A stretch of DNA of 46,596 nucleotides from Candidatus Thorarchaeota archaeon (GCA_016933575.1 JAFGAR010000152.1:1-46596), one strand, 5' to 3'; shown: positions 28,340 through 38,299, counted from the stretch's first letter. Translations and numbers: made by a program. The notes: generated from the sequence alone by a model not told the origin.

Positions 28340-29323
28340 TTATTCTGTCACATTATAGATTGGGATATCGTAGGACTTGTCAATTACAATGTCAAGTGCT
28401 TTGACTAGATCCTTGTAACGATTTCGAACTGTGACTTCAGTCACCTTGGCTGTAGTAGCAATCTCCCGTTGGGTCTTTCTGTCATTTTCTAAGATTCCTG
28501 CGACATAAAGGGCTGCTGCAACGATACCACTGGGATCTTTGCCTGTTGTCAAACCTCGATCGATAGCATTTCTAAGTATAGACACAGTCCTCTGCACAGT
28601 TTTTGGCTTCATGTGCAGTTCTGACGACAACTTCGTAACAAAATCAAGAGGTGATAGCAATGGTACTTTAGGCGTAACAAATTGCAATATTTTTCTCACA
28701 CAGAAACCTAATGTTTTTCTTCCAACCTTTGCTTCTGAAGCGATTTCATCCAACTGCCTTGGTATTTTACAGATTCGACATGCCAAATATACTGAGGCTG
28801 CGACCATGCCATCAATAGTACTTCCTCTTACGAGTCGTTTCTGTACTGCTTTCCTATAGATGAAGGCGGCAGGTTCTCTAGTTTCTCGTGGAATACCTAG
28901 TTGAGATGTAAGTCTGTCCATCTCAACCATAGCTTGAGAAATATTTCTATGAATTGTTCCGTGGCTCATTGCTCGGATTTGCCACTTCCTCATTCGATAG
29001 AGTGCAGCTCTTTGGCTACCTGAAATAGAGCGTCCCGATGCGTCTCTATCACTCCAACTTATCATAGTCGTAAGACCCTTATCTGAGATTGTAAGTGTCA
29101 TCGGCAATCCAGTTCTTCCTCTAGCCTCCCTTTCCTCTGCAGTGAAGGCTCTCCATTCAGGACCAGTATCAATCTTATATTGACTGACTACAATTCCACA
29201 GGATGTGCATGTCTGCTCCCCTCGTTGATAATCTTCGATGAACTTTCTTCCTCCACAATTCGTACACACTACTGATTCATTTTCATCCTGTGCTCGAATA
29301 TTCATTGGTCTTGCCACTTTCAT
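28340..29323 (-). CDS. tfb: Transcription initiation factor IIB (second TFB paralogue)
   Basis: CTNC/CTSCG ribbon, IDTGPEWRAF, GKDPSG and VTEVTVRNRYKDL. Confidence 0.95.
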   Translation of the reverse strand: MKVARPMNIRAQDENESVVCTNCGGRKFIEDYQRGEQTCTSCGIVVSQYKIDTGPEWRAFTAEEREARGRTGLPMTLTISDKGLTTMISWSDRDASGRSISGSQRAALYRMRKWQIRAMSHGTIHRNISQAMVEMDRLTSQLGIPRETREPAAFIYRKAVQKRLVRGSTIDGMVAASVYLACRICKIPRQLDEIASEAKVGRKTLGFCVRKILQFVTPKVPLLSPLDFVTKLSSELHMKPKTVQRTVSILRNAIDRGLTTGKDPSGIVAAALYVAGILENDRKTQREIATTAKVTEVTVRNRYKDLVKALDIVIDKSYDIPIYNVTE

Positions 29324-29899
29324 CAGTCATCTCCTACAGATCTATCTGCATCATGCCGCAGTGGGACTGATTGTAGTGTTGCTGACAATTAACTCTCAAT
29401 CATCTCATACCGCCTGCTCAAGAGAACGAAACAATGCAATTGAAGATAAGAAGAAAATCCGTAATTCAGACTATTTGCCTGCACTTGTATACAGCTCAAA
29501 AGAATTGCCGTGTATTTTGCTATCTTATTCAGTATAGAGTAATCTATATTCTCTTACTATAATACAGTATGATTTAGTAGCTTATTAGCATTCGGTTATT
29601 TACCAAAGAATTTGAAATAGTCCCTTTTTGAGGACTGAAACGATTCTGCACTAAAAAATTGCGAAAAAAGAAAGATAGCTGGTGAGTCACTCAATAAAAT
29701 TAAAGACATCTTTGAGCCAGTTCACCAGCATCTGTCGTCACTTCTTTTTCTTGATCGGAACTAGAACCAAACAAGAGGGACTCCTTGCTTGCTTGGTGTC
29801 TCACTCGAATATTGTCCGAACTATCCAGATTATTGTTTAAATGGGTGAATGAATTAGGTTGATGATAGACCGTTCTCTTGATGTGACGAAACTCCTGTT

Positions 29900-29977
29900 T
29901 TACCAGTCATCATCATCATCGTCGTCCCAGTCATCGTCGTCATCGTCTTCCCAAACATCATCGTCATCGAAGATCAT
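29900..29977 (-). CDS. 25-aa Asp/Trp micropeptide MIFDDDDVWEDDDDDDWDDDDDDDW
   Basis: GAGGTG SD 5 nt before ATG, mixed GAT/GAC codons, upstream TATA-like tract, paralogue at 38219-38299. Confidence 0.65.
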   Translation of the reverse strand: MIFDDDDVWEDDDDDDWDDDDDDDW

Positions 29978-30238
29978 GTTTTCACCTCATAAGGTATCGT
30001 ATCAAATCAAGAGTAAAGCATGCCCTATATATTTTAGAAACATCATTTAGTCCATAAATCTAAATTAAAGCCTATAAAACCTTTAAAATAATAAAATAAA
30101 TCTATCAAACTATTTTTTATACTCTAGAAAGATAAGGTTATCATAAAAAAGATTTTAACGTCTATGCCCATCGCGCTTAGGTGTCACCCAAGTTTGTGTG
30201 CATTAATATAGTGCGGTCACATTATTGATACGGATGGA

Positions 30239-31084
30239 TTGAATGCTTTGGAAGAACTGAATATCGAGAGTATCAATCTTACACGATTCGATTTAAAGGG
30301 TACATCCCGACTCATAGTCCTTCTAGGCTCATCTGAGGGGATTAAAGGCGCTTCAAGAAGACTCAAACAATATGATGATTTTGTTCGAGTTGGGCGAGGT
30401 CTCTTTATTGCACACAATCTCAGTAGCGAATATAGTGACATCCTTCAATCGCTCCCCACTCTGTCATTTCTACGTACTCGTGAGATACCTGGAATCAATG
30501 AGCGTTTTAATGATCCTTATGCTAATCGTGTGTATTCCATTGTATCCTACACCTTCCGCAATCCAACAGCAGGGCAGAAAAAGAAGGTTGAACGACTTAT
30601 CAGAAAATCAGCAGGTATCCGTTTACGACCTGGAGTAATCATCTTTCCAGTATTGCGGGCTAAGGAACATAGGAAATTATTCGATCAAGATAACGGACCA
30701 TCCCTACTCGACTCAAAGGATTTTAATCATGAATTGAAATCATTGGGGGCTGTATCGATTCGGTGGTCTCGATTAAGGCTTACTTCTGTATCTGACTCTG
30801 GTCAAATCGAAGCTGCTATTGAAAGAACCCTCGTAAGAGATTTGCATTCTGTTGAAACTAAACTTCAGGATATTCGAGAGTCAATCAAAGCATCACTCAC
30901 CTCGACAGACAATCTCCGAAAACAATTATCAATTGTGTCACGCCGATATCGTGAACTCAAGTTCAAATGGACAATTGCAAAGGCAATATGGCATTATGAT
31001 TCTATTAAACCATTAAAACGAGTCTACAATCTGGGTCTGAGCACACGCAATATGATTGATAATCGTGCGGCTGACTCAAGCTGA
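30239..31084 (+). CDS. Hypothetical protein
   Basis: 281-aa ORF, basic, with a C-terminal coiled-coil-like region. Confidence 0.65.
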   Translation: MNALEELNIESINLTRFDLKGTSRLIVLLGSSEGIKGASRRLKQYDDFVRVGRGLFIAHNLSSEYSDILQSLPTLSFLRTREIPGINERFNDPYANRVYSIVSYTFRNPTAGQKKKVERLIRKSAGIRLRPGVIIFPVLRAKEHRKLFDQDNGPSLLDSKDFNHELKSLGAVSIRWSRLRLTSVSDSGQIEAAIERTLVRDLHSVETKLQDIRESIKASLTSTDNLRKQLSIVSRRYRELKFKWTIAKAIWHYDSIKPLKRVYNLGLSTRNMIDNRAADSS

Positions 31085-31496
31085 CTTATTCAAACACCAT
31101 TCTATGGACTATTCTCTCAAACAAGGAAATGAAGAACAACAATCAGGCTCTATGCCATCTTGCTGTCCCTCGTTTACCTATTCCACTAGGTGTTCTAAAC
31201 TGGAATTATGACACAAGTTCATAATTACCAGGGTTCTGTTGGATTTTCTGGAGGTCCGCTCATGATAATCAAATAGACTCTCTAATTCAGATATTCAAAG
31301 TATAACGAAGTAAATTCACATCTAGAACTAAACTTGCTTCCCAGAGAACAACTATCAAATCATTCTCTCGTAAGAGGGACTACAATTGCCTTCGAATATT
31401 GCAGTTACAAGCTCTCATCTCATGACTTTGGGATGGACAGTAATTTCAAAATGCACACCACAATCTCTTAAGGGCAAATGTTACTCTAGCAAATCG

Positions 31497-33134
31497 ATGC
31501 AATCTATTGATTCCAAGATTATAGAGCTCTGGCGTAGTTGTTCAAGAATATTGGACGAACGTTTCGGACTCAATCCTCCTGATATACCACAAACAATCGA
31601 TATGACTAGTGCGTTGCAGGTGTATCGTTTTGGAGGCCATTATGATCCGGAATCAATGGTATTTGCATTAGACGGTGACAGCATTTCAAATGGTCTGTCC
31701 CTGCTTGGTATCGTCTACCGAGAATGTCTTTTCAATGCGCTACCTACAATACTCTGTGAAGAACTCAGGCACGATCTGTCTTTACAATTTGCTCTGTATA
31801 ATATAGAAAAGAAAGAGAAAGGACGCTGGACTTCTGAGTGGAACTCTCTGCCAAATCGTAGAATTCGTTCGAATCTCGTTTATGGCTCATACAGAATGAT
31901 GAATTGGATTCATACTCTTGGCGGAGAAAAACAACTAGACTCTCTTCTACACGAATTCGTTTGCATGGCCAAGTATGGAAAACCTGTTGATTTCATCGAT
32001 TATGTTGAGTATATGATGCGCAGGACCCAAGAAATTGAGGTTGGCTTCTCTCACGCTGAGGCAAAAATTCTTGATACCCTTCTCAAGAATGAGAATGCCT
32101 CCTATCGTGAAGTTGCTAAAATAACAGGATTCAGTGAATCATGGGTCTCCACAAGAATTAATCGTCTGAAGAACAAGTATGTGTTGACCGGTCTCACTAT
32201 AACCCCTTTCTCTAAGATTGGCATCCGTACATTTCATGTGTTACTCTCTGCTCCATCTTGGTCTAATCCAACTCATTTCCTCACCGATTGCCCGTTCCTC
32301 TACAGTATACAACCAGTTCTCAGTGGACCTTGGCAGGTCTTAGCACGATTAGCAATCCCTGACACAGTAGAAAACATTCAATCTTTGAACAGAATGGAAT
32401 CCACTTTACATGAGAATGGAATCGCCGTTGATATAGCTGAAACATACTCTGCTGGGATCTCTAACTCATTCTATCATTATAAGGTGACAAACCATAGATG
32501 GGAAATACCTTGGGTAGCGATGGAAGGCTGGGGTCATCGAATCAAGAAGGAGTCACTCGATAAAGTTGTCGAATGTATTGATTTTCCCTCCAAGACCACC
32601 GATACATATCTTGATCCTATAGATATGCAGATTCTTGGGTTAATACATCGCGGGAACTCCTCCACAAGAACAATCAGAAAATCTCTATCAATAGGCCAGA
32701 ATAATCTCATAAAACGAATAAAGCGGCTCACATCTGCAGAACTCATTCAAAAAAGATGGTCTGTATACAATCTCGGACTTGTTGAGAGAGTCTCTCTCCG
32801 TACAACGGACAAGCGAACTGCCAGTATCTTAGATGCTTGGGTGCGGGACTTGCCTCGAACATACTTGCATTACGGACCCAAGAGAAAGCTCTTCATGATT
32901 ACTGAATTACCAGCTGGCGGATCTACAAAATTGATGAGTGTTCTTCACAATCTGAGATGGCCAGTTATTGTTTCACCTCTAGGAAGTAGTGTCTGGGGAC
33001 ATTGGACTTTTCCTGATAGTCTTTGGTGTGTAGAAACCCAAAGCTGGCAGACTCCCAAGAAGGAGATTGAAATTTGGTTAGACAAACTTACAGTCAGCTC
33101 TGAACTCCTAGCACAAAACCAGAACTTTTCTTAG
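31497..33134 (+). CDS. Large multi-HTH (AsnC/Lrp-like) regulator
   Basis: ASYREVAKITGFSESWVSTRINRL HTH and a second LDPIDMQIL...HTH; start set at MQSIDSK. Confidence 0.65.
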   Translation: MQSIDSKIIELWRSCSRILDERFGLNPPDIPQTIDMTSALQVYRFGGHYDPESMVFALDGDSISNGLSLLGIVYRECLFNALPTILCEELRHDLSLQFALYNIEKKEKGRWTSEWNSLPNRRIRSNLVYGSYRMMNWIHTLGGEKQLDSLLHEFVCMAKYGKPVDFIDYVEYMMRRTQEIEVGFSHAEAKILDTLLKNENASYREVAKITGFSESWVSTRINRLKNKYVLTGLTITPFSKIGIRTFHVLLSAPSWSNPTHFLTDCPFLYSIQPVLSGPWQVLARLAIPDTVENIQSLNRMESTLHENGIAVDIAETYSAGISNSFYHYKVTNHRWEIPWVAMEGWGHRIKKESLDKVVECIDFPSKTTDTYLDPIDMQILGLIHRGNSSTRTIRKSLSIGQNNLIKRIKRLTSAELIQKRWSVYNLGLVERVSLRTTDKRTASILDAWVRDLPRTYLHYGPKRKLFMITELPAGGSTKLMSVLHNLRWPVIVSPLGSSVWGHWTFPDSLWCVETQSWQTPKKEIEIWLDKLTVSSELLAQNQNFS

Positions 33135-33300
33135 TATTATAGCCGTTAGCAGATCAGTAGCAGTGTTCTTCTAAAAAATAATAATACTATATATTTGCTA
33201 CTGGATTTCTTCGATCCTCCATGAAAAGATTGATTCTAAGGCATGTAGAGGCTGTTTTAACACATCATTAACTGCTTATATTCAGCAAAATCCACTGTAT

Positions 33301-33486
33301 CGTAGGGACCATGGACTACTACGATGGGGGAAAATCGTAGCGAAGAACCCTGGAGGGGGGAACCCATACCAAAGCCTGTCACGCGGGTCCATGGGTTCCC
33401 ACCTCAACCCTGGACAAAACATGTGGGCATAGAATGATACACATAGAGCATCTAGTCCCGCAGGAATGTCACCTGTGTGACTTTTT
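33301..33486 (+). ncRNA. Candidate structured RNA or leader upstream of the CARF-HTH gene
   Basis: GC-rich island with several stems, a TTATAT box about 25 nt upstream, and a terminal GTCAC-CTGT-GTGAC hairpin plus T-tract. Confidence 0.45.
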
Positions 33487-33512
33487 ACTTGTCTTATGGA
33501 GCTGAGAAACAC

Positions 33513-34205
33513 ATGAAAAAACCAGTAATTCACGTTGCCCTATTGGGTTCACAGACCCCACTTGCTACGGAACATCTTATTATTCGGCGCAGGGTCGATG
33601 AGATTATTATCGTGTACACGAATGAATCTGCTAACCAAGCAGAGTATCTAGTTGATAGATTCTCATCACTCTATGTACCGATTCTGCCTGTTCTTGTTTC
33701 ATCTAATGATTTTACAAACACTCTGTCTTCTATCTTACGAGCATTAGATACACAACAAGCAAACGAGTACAACATTGAATTTAGTATCGGAGCTTCAACT
33801 AATACGTTGACGCTTGCCGGGTGCATTGCAGCTGCTATCACGCATGCCTCAATTCTTTATTCTAACGGTGAGAATCCAAATGAGTTTGCAGAGATTTGGC
33901 CTTCTGAACTTGTGAATCTTACTCATAAGAAGCGTGAGATTCTAAAATTTCTCGAGAGTCAGGCTTGTTCGACAAATCAAAAGATAATCTCTGAAGAAAC
34001 GGGAATGATGCAATCAGGAATTTCCAGGCATCTAAACGATTTGGAAAAGGCGGGTTATGTGACACGATCTAGGGAATCCAGAAGTAAGCAAGTTCAGATT
34101 ACTGAACTTGGTTCATCTGTACTTCATCAGAAACAGATTAGAAAAAGGAGAGTCTGGGGGACTTATGCACTTCGAGCACCATCGAGTTACGGAACAGTTG
34201 GATAA
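33513..34205 (+). CDS. CARF/Csa3-like Rossmann domain plus winged-HTH transcriptional regulator
   Basis: IHVALLG...DEIIIVYT...IEFSIG...LAGCIAA N-terminal pattern and C-terminal QSGISRHLNDLEKAGYV..ITELG wHTH. Confidence 0.7.
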   Translation: MKKPVIHVALLGSQTPLATEHLIIRRRVDEIIIVYTNESANQAEYLVDRFSSLYVPILPVLVSSNDFTNTLSSILRALDTQQANEYNIEFSIGASTNTLTLAGCIAAAITHASILYSNGENPNEFAEIWPSELVNLTHKKREILKFLESQACSTNQKIISEETGMMQSGISRHLNDLEKAGYVTRSRESRSKQVQITELGSSVLHQKQIRKRRVWGTYALRAPSSYGTVG

Positions 34206-35154
34206 TGTATCTCAATTCTCCAATTTGTTAATCCTTGAGCCTGGCACCGACTCCATGTTCAACGAATATACAGCATTGCACAACGTAGTTAATTCATATG
34301 ATAATCCTGATCATATCGAAATTGGCCCAGATTATTTTCAAACATCCTATTCATACCCCGGAATCATCCTATCTCGGGACATAATTCTCGGCCGCAGTTC
34401 AAACGGAGAATTGGTTGCTTCAGGGACCATCTTTATACATAGCACTAATCCTCCAAGTGCTAGAATTATGATCCAGGTTCATCCAGACTACCGACATCAG
34501 GGCTTTGGATCGAAGATACTCGAACACTTGATTCGGCGTGCAAGAGCACGACGTTTTTCAGAAATTGTCTGCAGAATACCTACCTTTCGTCCGGATGCAA
34601 TCCATTTTGCAGAAAAACATGGATTTCGTCACAGTCATACTTTGATAAAGATGCAGTTGGAATACGAGTTCCCAAAGAGAACTATTATTGTACCGACTGA
34701 ATTGAAAATCCGCGAATTGGATTTGGACCATGAACTTGATTTATGGGCCAGTCTACAAAATTCCATCTTCCGTGAATCTGAGAACTATAAGGAAATTACC
34801 ATCGATTCTCTTGCATCTCTAACCAAGCATGTTGGATTCGATTCGGATTTGCTAATCGTAGGTGAAGTAGATAATATAGCAATAGGATATTGTCTAGGTA
34901 TGGCCCTAAATTCTGTAAATGGACAGAAATCTGAAAAAATCCTACAAATTCAAGGAATTGGTGTATTGCACGAATATCGTGGAAGAGGCTATGCGCAGGC
35001 TCTACTGAATGGTGTTCTTACTAGAGGGTGGACTAAAGGTTATACAAAATCAGAGCTTCTTGTTCTTGGGTCAAATACTGGTGCATTCCAGCTTTATCAA
35101 AAGAATGGATTCACGGATAGATTTGGTTACCTCTGGTACAGGCGTGAGTGTTAA
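34165..35154 (+). CDS. Tandem GNAT acetyltransferase (MshD-like architecture)
   Basis: Two acetyl-CoA motifs, VHPDYRHQGFG and VLHEYRGRGYA; start uncertain. Confidence 0.85.
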   Translation: MHFEHHRVTEQLDNVSQFSNLLILEPGTDSMFNEYTALHNVVNSYDNPDHIEIGPDYFQTSYSYPGIILSRDIILGRSSNGELVASGTIFIHSTNPPSARIMIQVHPDYRHQGFGSKILEHLIRRARARRFSEIVCRIPTFRPDAIHFAEKHGFRHSHTLIKMQLEYEFPKRTIIVPTELKIRELDLDHELDLWASLQNSIFRESENYKEITIDSLASLTKHVGFDSDLLIVGEVDNIAIGYCLGMALNSVNGQKSEKILQIQGIGVLHEYRGRGYAQALLNGVLTRGWTKGYTKSELLVLGSNTGAFQLYQKNGFTDRFGYLWYRREC

Positions 35155-35178
35155 TAGTCATTCTAATTATGTACTTGG

Positions 35179-35976
35179 TTAGCCTGCACATGTTGCTCGA
35201 ACGAAAAATACAGGGTCCGCTTTGGAGTACATAAATCCCATACTCTCATAGAGTTTCTGAGCTGGCTTATTATCTGCAAAAAAGTGTAGTATAGCAATCT
35301 CAGAGTCCTTAAGCACATCGTCAACAACAGCCTTGATACAAGCAGCTGCATATCCTTTTCGTCTATGGTCCGGATGGGTTGCAACATTTCCAATCTCAGT
35401 ACCATAGCTAGTAGTAAAATGAATCCCCGCCACTGCTGATATTGTACCGTCACTTTCGATGATACCATAAAACGGACCAAGACTCATCGCATTTGGAGTC
35501 CAGGCTGGTGTACCACTGAGCCGATAGAGTTCCTTCAGTTTCTCTACATCCTTTATTGTGAGCCTGACTGGATTTTGTCTGCATTCGCATGTAAGCTTCG
35601 TTGTCCTATCAGCTACCATCTGCCGTTCCTTAATTGGTTTCAGTATTATGCAGGCTTGCCCAAACTGGTCCAGTTGCTCCTTCGTGCATATTGCAACAAA
35701 CTCTTGCCTAACAAGAAGGCTAGCAAAATCCTCCATGATTCTCCTTAATGAAGCAGTATCTCTACACCAAAAAGCAGTTGCTAGAAAATCGAGGTCACTG
35801 TATAATGAGAAAATTGCATCAATTTGACCATCGGTCAGTAGCACTCTAATATCGCACCATTCTCTAAGTTGCGTACAATCAGCTATCAGAACAATGTTCG
35901 AGAGCGGATCTTCTGCCAGAATACTCAATACATCTGCAATAATATCCGCTGATAATTGTATAATTTCGGTTGCCAT
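35179..35976 (-). CDS. GNAT acetyltransferase (C-terminal FR47-like domain)
   Basis: EIGNVATHPDHRRKGYA and N.PAQKLYESMGF. Confidence 0.87.
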   Translation of the reverse strand: MATEIIQLSADIIADVLSILAEDPLSNIVLIADCTQLREWCDIRVLLTDGQIDAIFSLYSDLDFLATAFWCRDTASLRRIMEDFASLLVRQEFVAICTKEQLDQFGQACIILKPIKERQMVADRTTKLTCECRQNPVRLTIKDVEKLKELYRLSGTPAWTPNAMSLGPFYGIIESDGTISAVAGIHFTTSYGTEIGNVATHPDHRRKGYAAACIKAVVDDVLKDSEIAILHFFADNKPAQKLYESMGFMYSKADPVFFVRATCAG

Positions 35977-36593
35977 TGATTGTAGTCAATTCATTTTTCT
36001 TATCAAGAGTTCTTTTCTGCAATCTAATTCCCAGAAAACTAATCTCCATGATTGTAAATCAAATATTCATTGTTTCAACCCTGTTCAAATCTTTCAAGGA
36101 GGATGTTCTTTCAGGAAAATCGAAGTATTATGATTTCTTCACTGCAGTAAAATCAGGTACTCCTGAAGTGATGACAGAGTTCTTCAGAGAGATAGTCACT
36201 TATGTCAAGTATCAAAAACATCCTAAAATCGTTAAGGATGCTTTTCGTGAGTTAGTGCAATTACGTGACATCATCGTTCTTGAGAAGCTCCGACAGTTAA
36301 TGCCCATCTGGAAAGACTCGTACTATATGGAGTATGCATACTTGTTAGCTCTATTGGAAAATGCGAGTTCTGGAAAGAGGTGTAACTGCGACATCTACAA
36401 AGACTCTACCTATAATGTTGCTCCCTATCAAGAAGAGCTTGAGATAATTGGACGAGACAATCATAGGTATGATGATCATTTTGAAACCCAGATAGTCTAT
36501 GTTCGATGCAGAATCTGTACTAGAGAATGGGAGGTTGAAATTGATGATTCATATCATTATCCTCATTCTCATTGGAGACCGAAGCAGAAGTAG
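35970..36593 (+). CDS. Hypothetical protein with Cys motifs
   Basis: CNC and CRIC motifs; start uncertain. Confidence 0.55.
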   Translation: MPLIVVNSFFLSRVLFCNLIPRKLISMIVNQIFIVSTLFKSFKEDVLSGKSKYYDFFTAVKSGTPEVMTEFFREIVTYVKYQKHPKIVKDAFRELVQLRDIIVLEKLRQLMPIWKDSYYMEYAYLLALLENASSGKRCNCDIYKDSTYNVAPYQEELEIIGRDNHRYDDHFETQIVYVRCRICTREWEVEIDDSYHYPHSHWRPKQK

Positions 36594-36664
36594 ATCTCTG
36601 GTGTTGCGCCAGAGGCTGTCCTTTTATTGGCTATTATCAATCACAATTTGAGATGCAAATCCCA

Positions 36665-38113
36665 ATGAAAATATATAGAATCCTATCACTCTCACTGATA
36701 TTGATTCTTTTTACAATCTCTGTTTCTTCAGTATTCTCTTCTGACTTGCATCTTGCACAAGAAAAAATAGGAACCTCTAACGAAAAAACCGATCTAATAC
36801 ATAATTCAATAGAACTGGATGAAAGGGTTGAGGAGTGTAGTTCTGTCATTGTTACTGGTAGTGCGGCTAAGGATGGTCGTGCAATTCTCATGAAAAATCG
36901 TGATTGGGCTGATGACCATTTCAACAATCCAATATATATTCCATCCACCTCCAAGACCTTCGCGTATGTTGGAGTAAATACCAATACGATGGGGATTAAC
37001 GAAAGAGGATTAGCAGTGATGAACACCGCAATGCCAATCTTGGAAACCGAGCCTGGTTATGGAAATCTCGAGTTAAATAGAAAGATCCTTCTATACTTCG
37101 AATCTGTTGCAGAAGTCGCTAACGCACTTAATGATACATATTCAATGATTGGCCCAACTTACAGGTCCAGTTCAGGAGCAGTGGCTACTTGTATTGGAGT
37201 GATTGATCGCTTTGGCGCAGGTGCATTCTTTGAGATTAGCAACACTGAAGCATATGTTCAGTACATTGTTGATGGATACGATACAAGAGCCAATCATCCT
37301 CGCATCTTTCCAGGATTCGCCTCAGGGCCCAATGGAAGGGATCAATACCTACTTGATGCATTAGATGCAGTCTATGAAAAAAATGGAATTATCTCATGGG
37401 CGGATGTAATGCAGAACGCATCGAGATATGTCCGTGAAAAAGAACTTGGTACATCAAGCTTCTCGATTGATGGTGAAGTATGCAATCCATCCACTGTGGC
37501 CGCTATGGTTGCTGTGAGTGGCGATGAGCGATATAGTGGAAAACTGAATGTCATGTGGGGTTCCTATGGATTTACACCACTGATTGGAGTCTTTGTTCCC
37601 TCAATGGTGCTTGCTGGCGAAACACCTGAGTGTATTGCAGACCTATGTCATTCTACGAATGAAAAGTGGTCTACTGCGAAGGCATTGAGCTCTTGGGATC
37701 TACTGAATCCTTATCGTGTCCGCGAGCTCCAAGATGTAGCTTTCTATGTTGAAAGATACACCATTGAAGAATACGATTACCTTCTTCACATAGTTCCGGA
37801 TGATCTTTCCGATCTTCAGATTCAAGCCTATATATCTGAATATATAGATAGAACCGTTGAATTTACAGCTTCATCTTACATTCAAGAGAGTAAGTCACTT
37901 CCTATCCCACCAAGATCTATTGTGAATCTTACAACACCCTCAATAATTCCTTCTACAACAACCACATTCCCCACTAGTACGGTGTCAGGTACTGAGAATA
38001 CTACAACACAAAATCATACAGCCTTCGATGGCAAAAGACTCTTACTTGGTGTTGGCATAGGTTTCTCTGCAATTGTGCTTCTTGTTTCTGTTCTCAAAAA
38101 ACGATGGACATGA
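36665..38113 (+). CDS. Secreted, membrane-anchored Ntn-hydrolase (peptidase C45/C69-like)
   Basis: Signal peptide, EE-CSSVIVTG N-terminal nucleophile, KNRD, GINERGL, Thr-rich linker and C-terminal TM segment. Confidence 0.8.
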   Translation: MKIYRILSLSLILILFTISVSSVFSSDLHLAQEKIGTSNEKTDLIHNSIELDERVEECSSVIVTGSAAKDGRAILMKNRDWADDHFNNPIYIPSTSKTFAYVGVNTNTMGINERGLAVMNTAMPILETEPGYGNLELNRKILLYFESVAEVANALNDTYSMIGPTYRSSSGAVATCIGVIDRFGAGAFFEISNTEAYVQYIVDGYDTRANHPRIFPGFASGPNGRDQYLLDALDAVYEKNGIISWADVMQNASRYVREKELGTSSFSIDGEVCNPSTVAAMVAVSGDERYSGKLNVMWGSYGFTPLIGVFVPSMVLAGETPECIADLCHSTNEKWSTAKALSSWDLLNPYRVRELQDVAFYVERYTIEEYDYLLHIVPDDLSDLQIQAYISEYIDRTVEFTASSYIQESKSLPIPPRSIVNLTTPSIIPSTTTTFPTSTVSGTENTTTQNHTAFDGKRLLLGVGIGFSAIVLLVSVLKKRWT

Positions 38114-38218
38114 TTACAACATGCAAATGAATATATGTGACAGGACGAAACTAACTTATTTTGTCCTGTCAACAGAATGAATTAGCTAGAACCGATTCTG
38201 ACGAAAGAGGATTAACGA

Positions 38219-38299
38219 CTAGAAATCGTCGTCGTCGTCATTCCAATCATCGTCATCCCAGTCTTCATTATCATCCCAATCTTCATCATCGAAGTGCAT
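38219..38299 (-). CDS. 26-aa Asp/Trp micropeptide MHFDDEDWDDNEDWDDDDWNDDDDDF
   Basis: GAGGT SD 7 nt before ATG; same MxFDD start and D-rich/W pattern as 29900-29977. Confidence 0.65.
   Translation of the reverse strand: MHFDDEDWDDNEDWDDDDWNDDDDDF

Noticed and set aside
29859-30050. Ser-rich 63-aa + strand ORF
   Set aside because: It is the antisense shadow of the Asp/Trp micropeptide, which has the SD and a paralogue.
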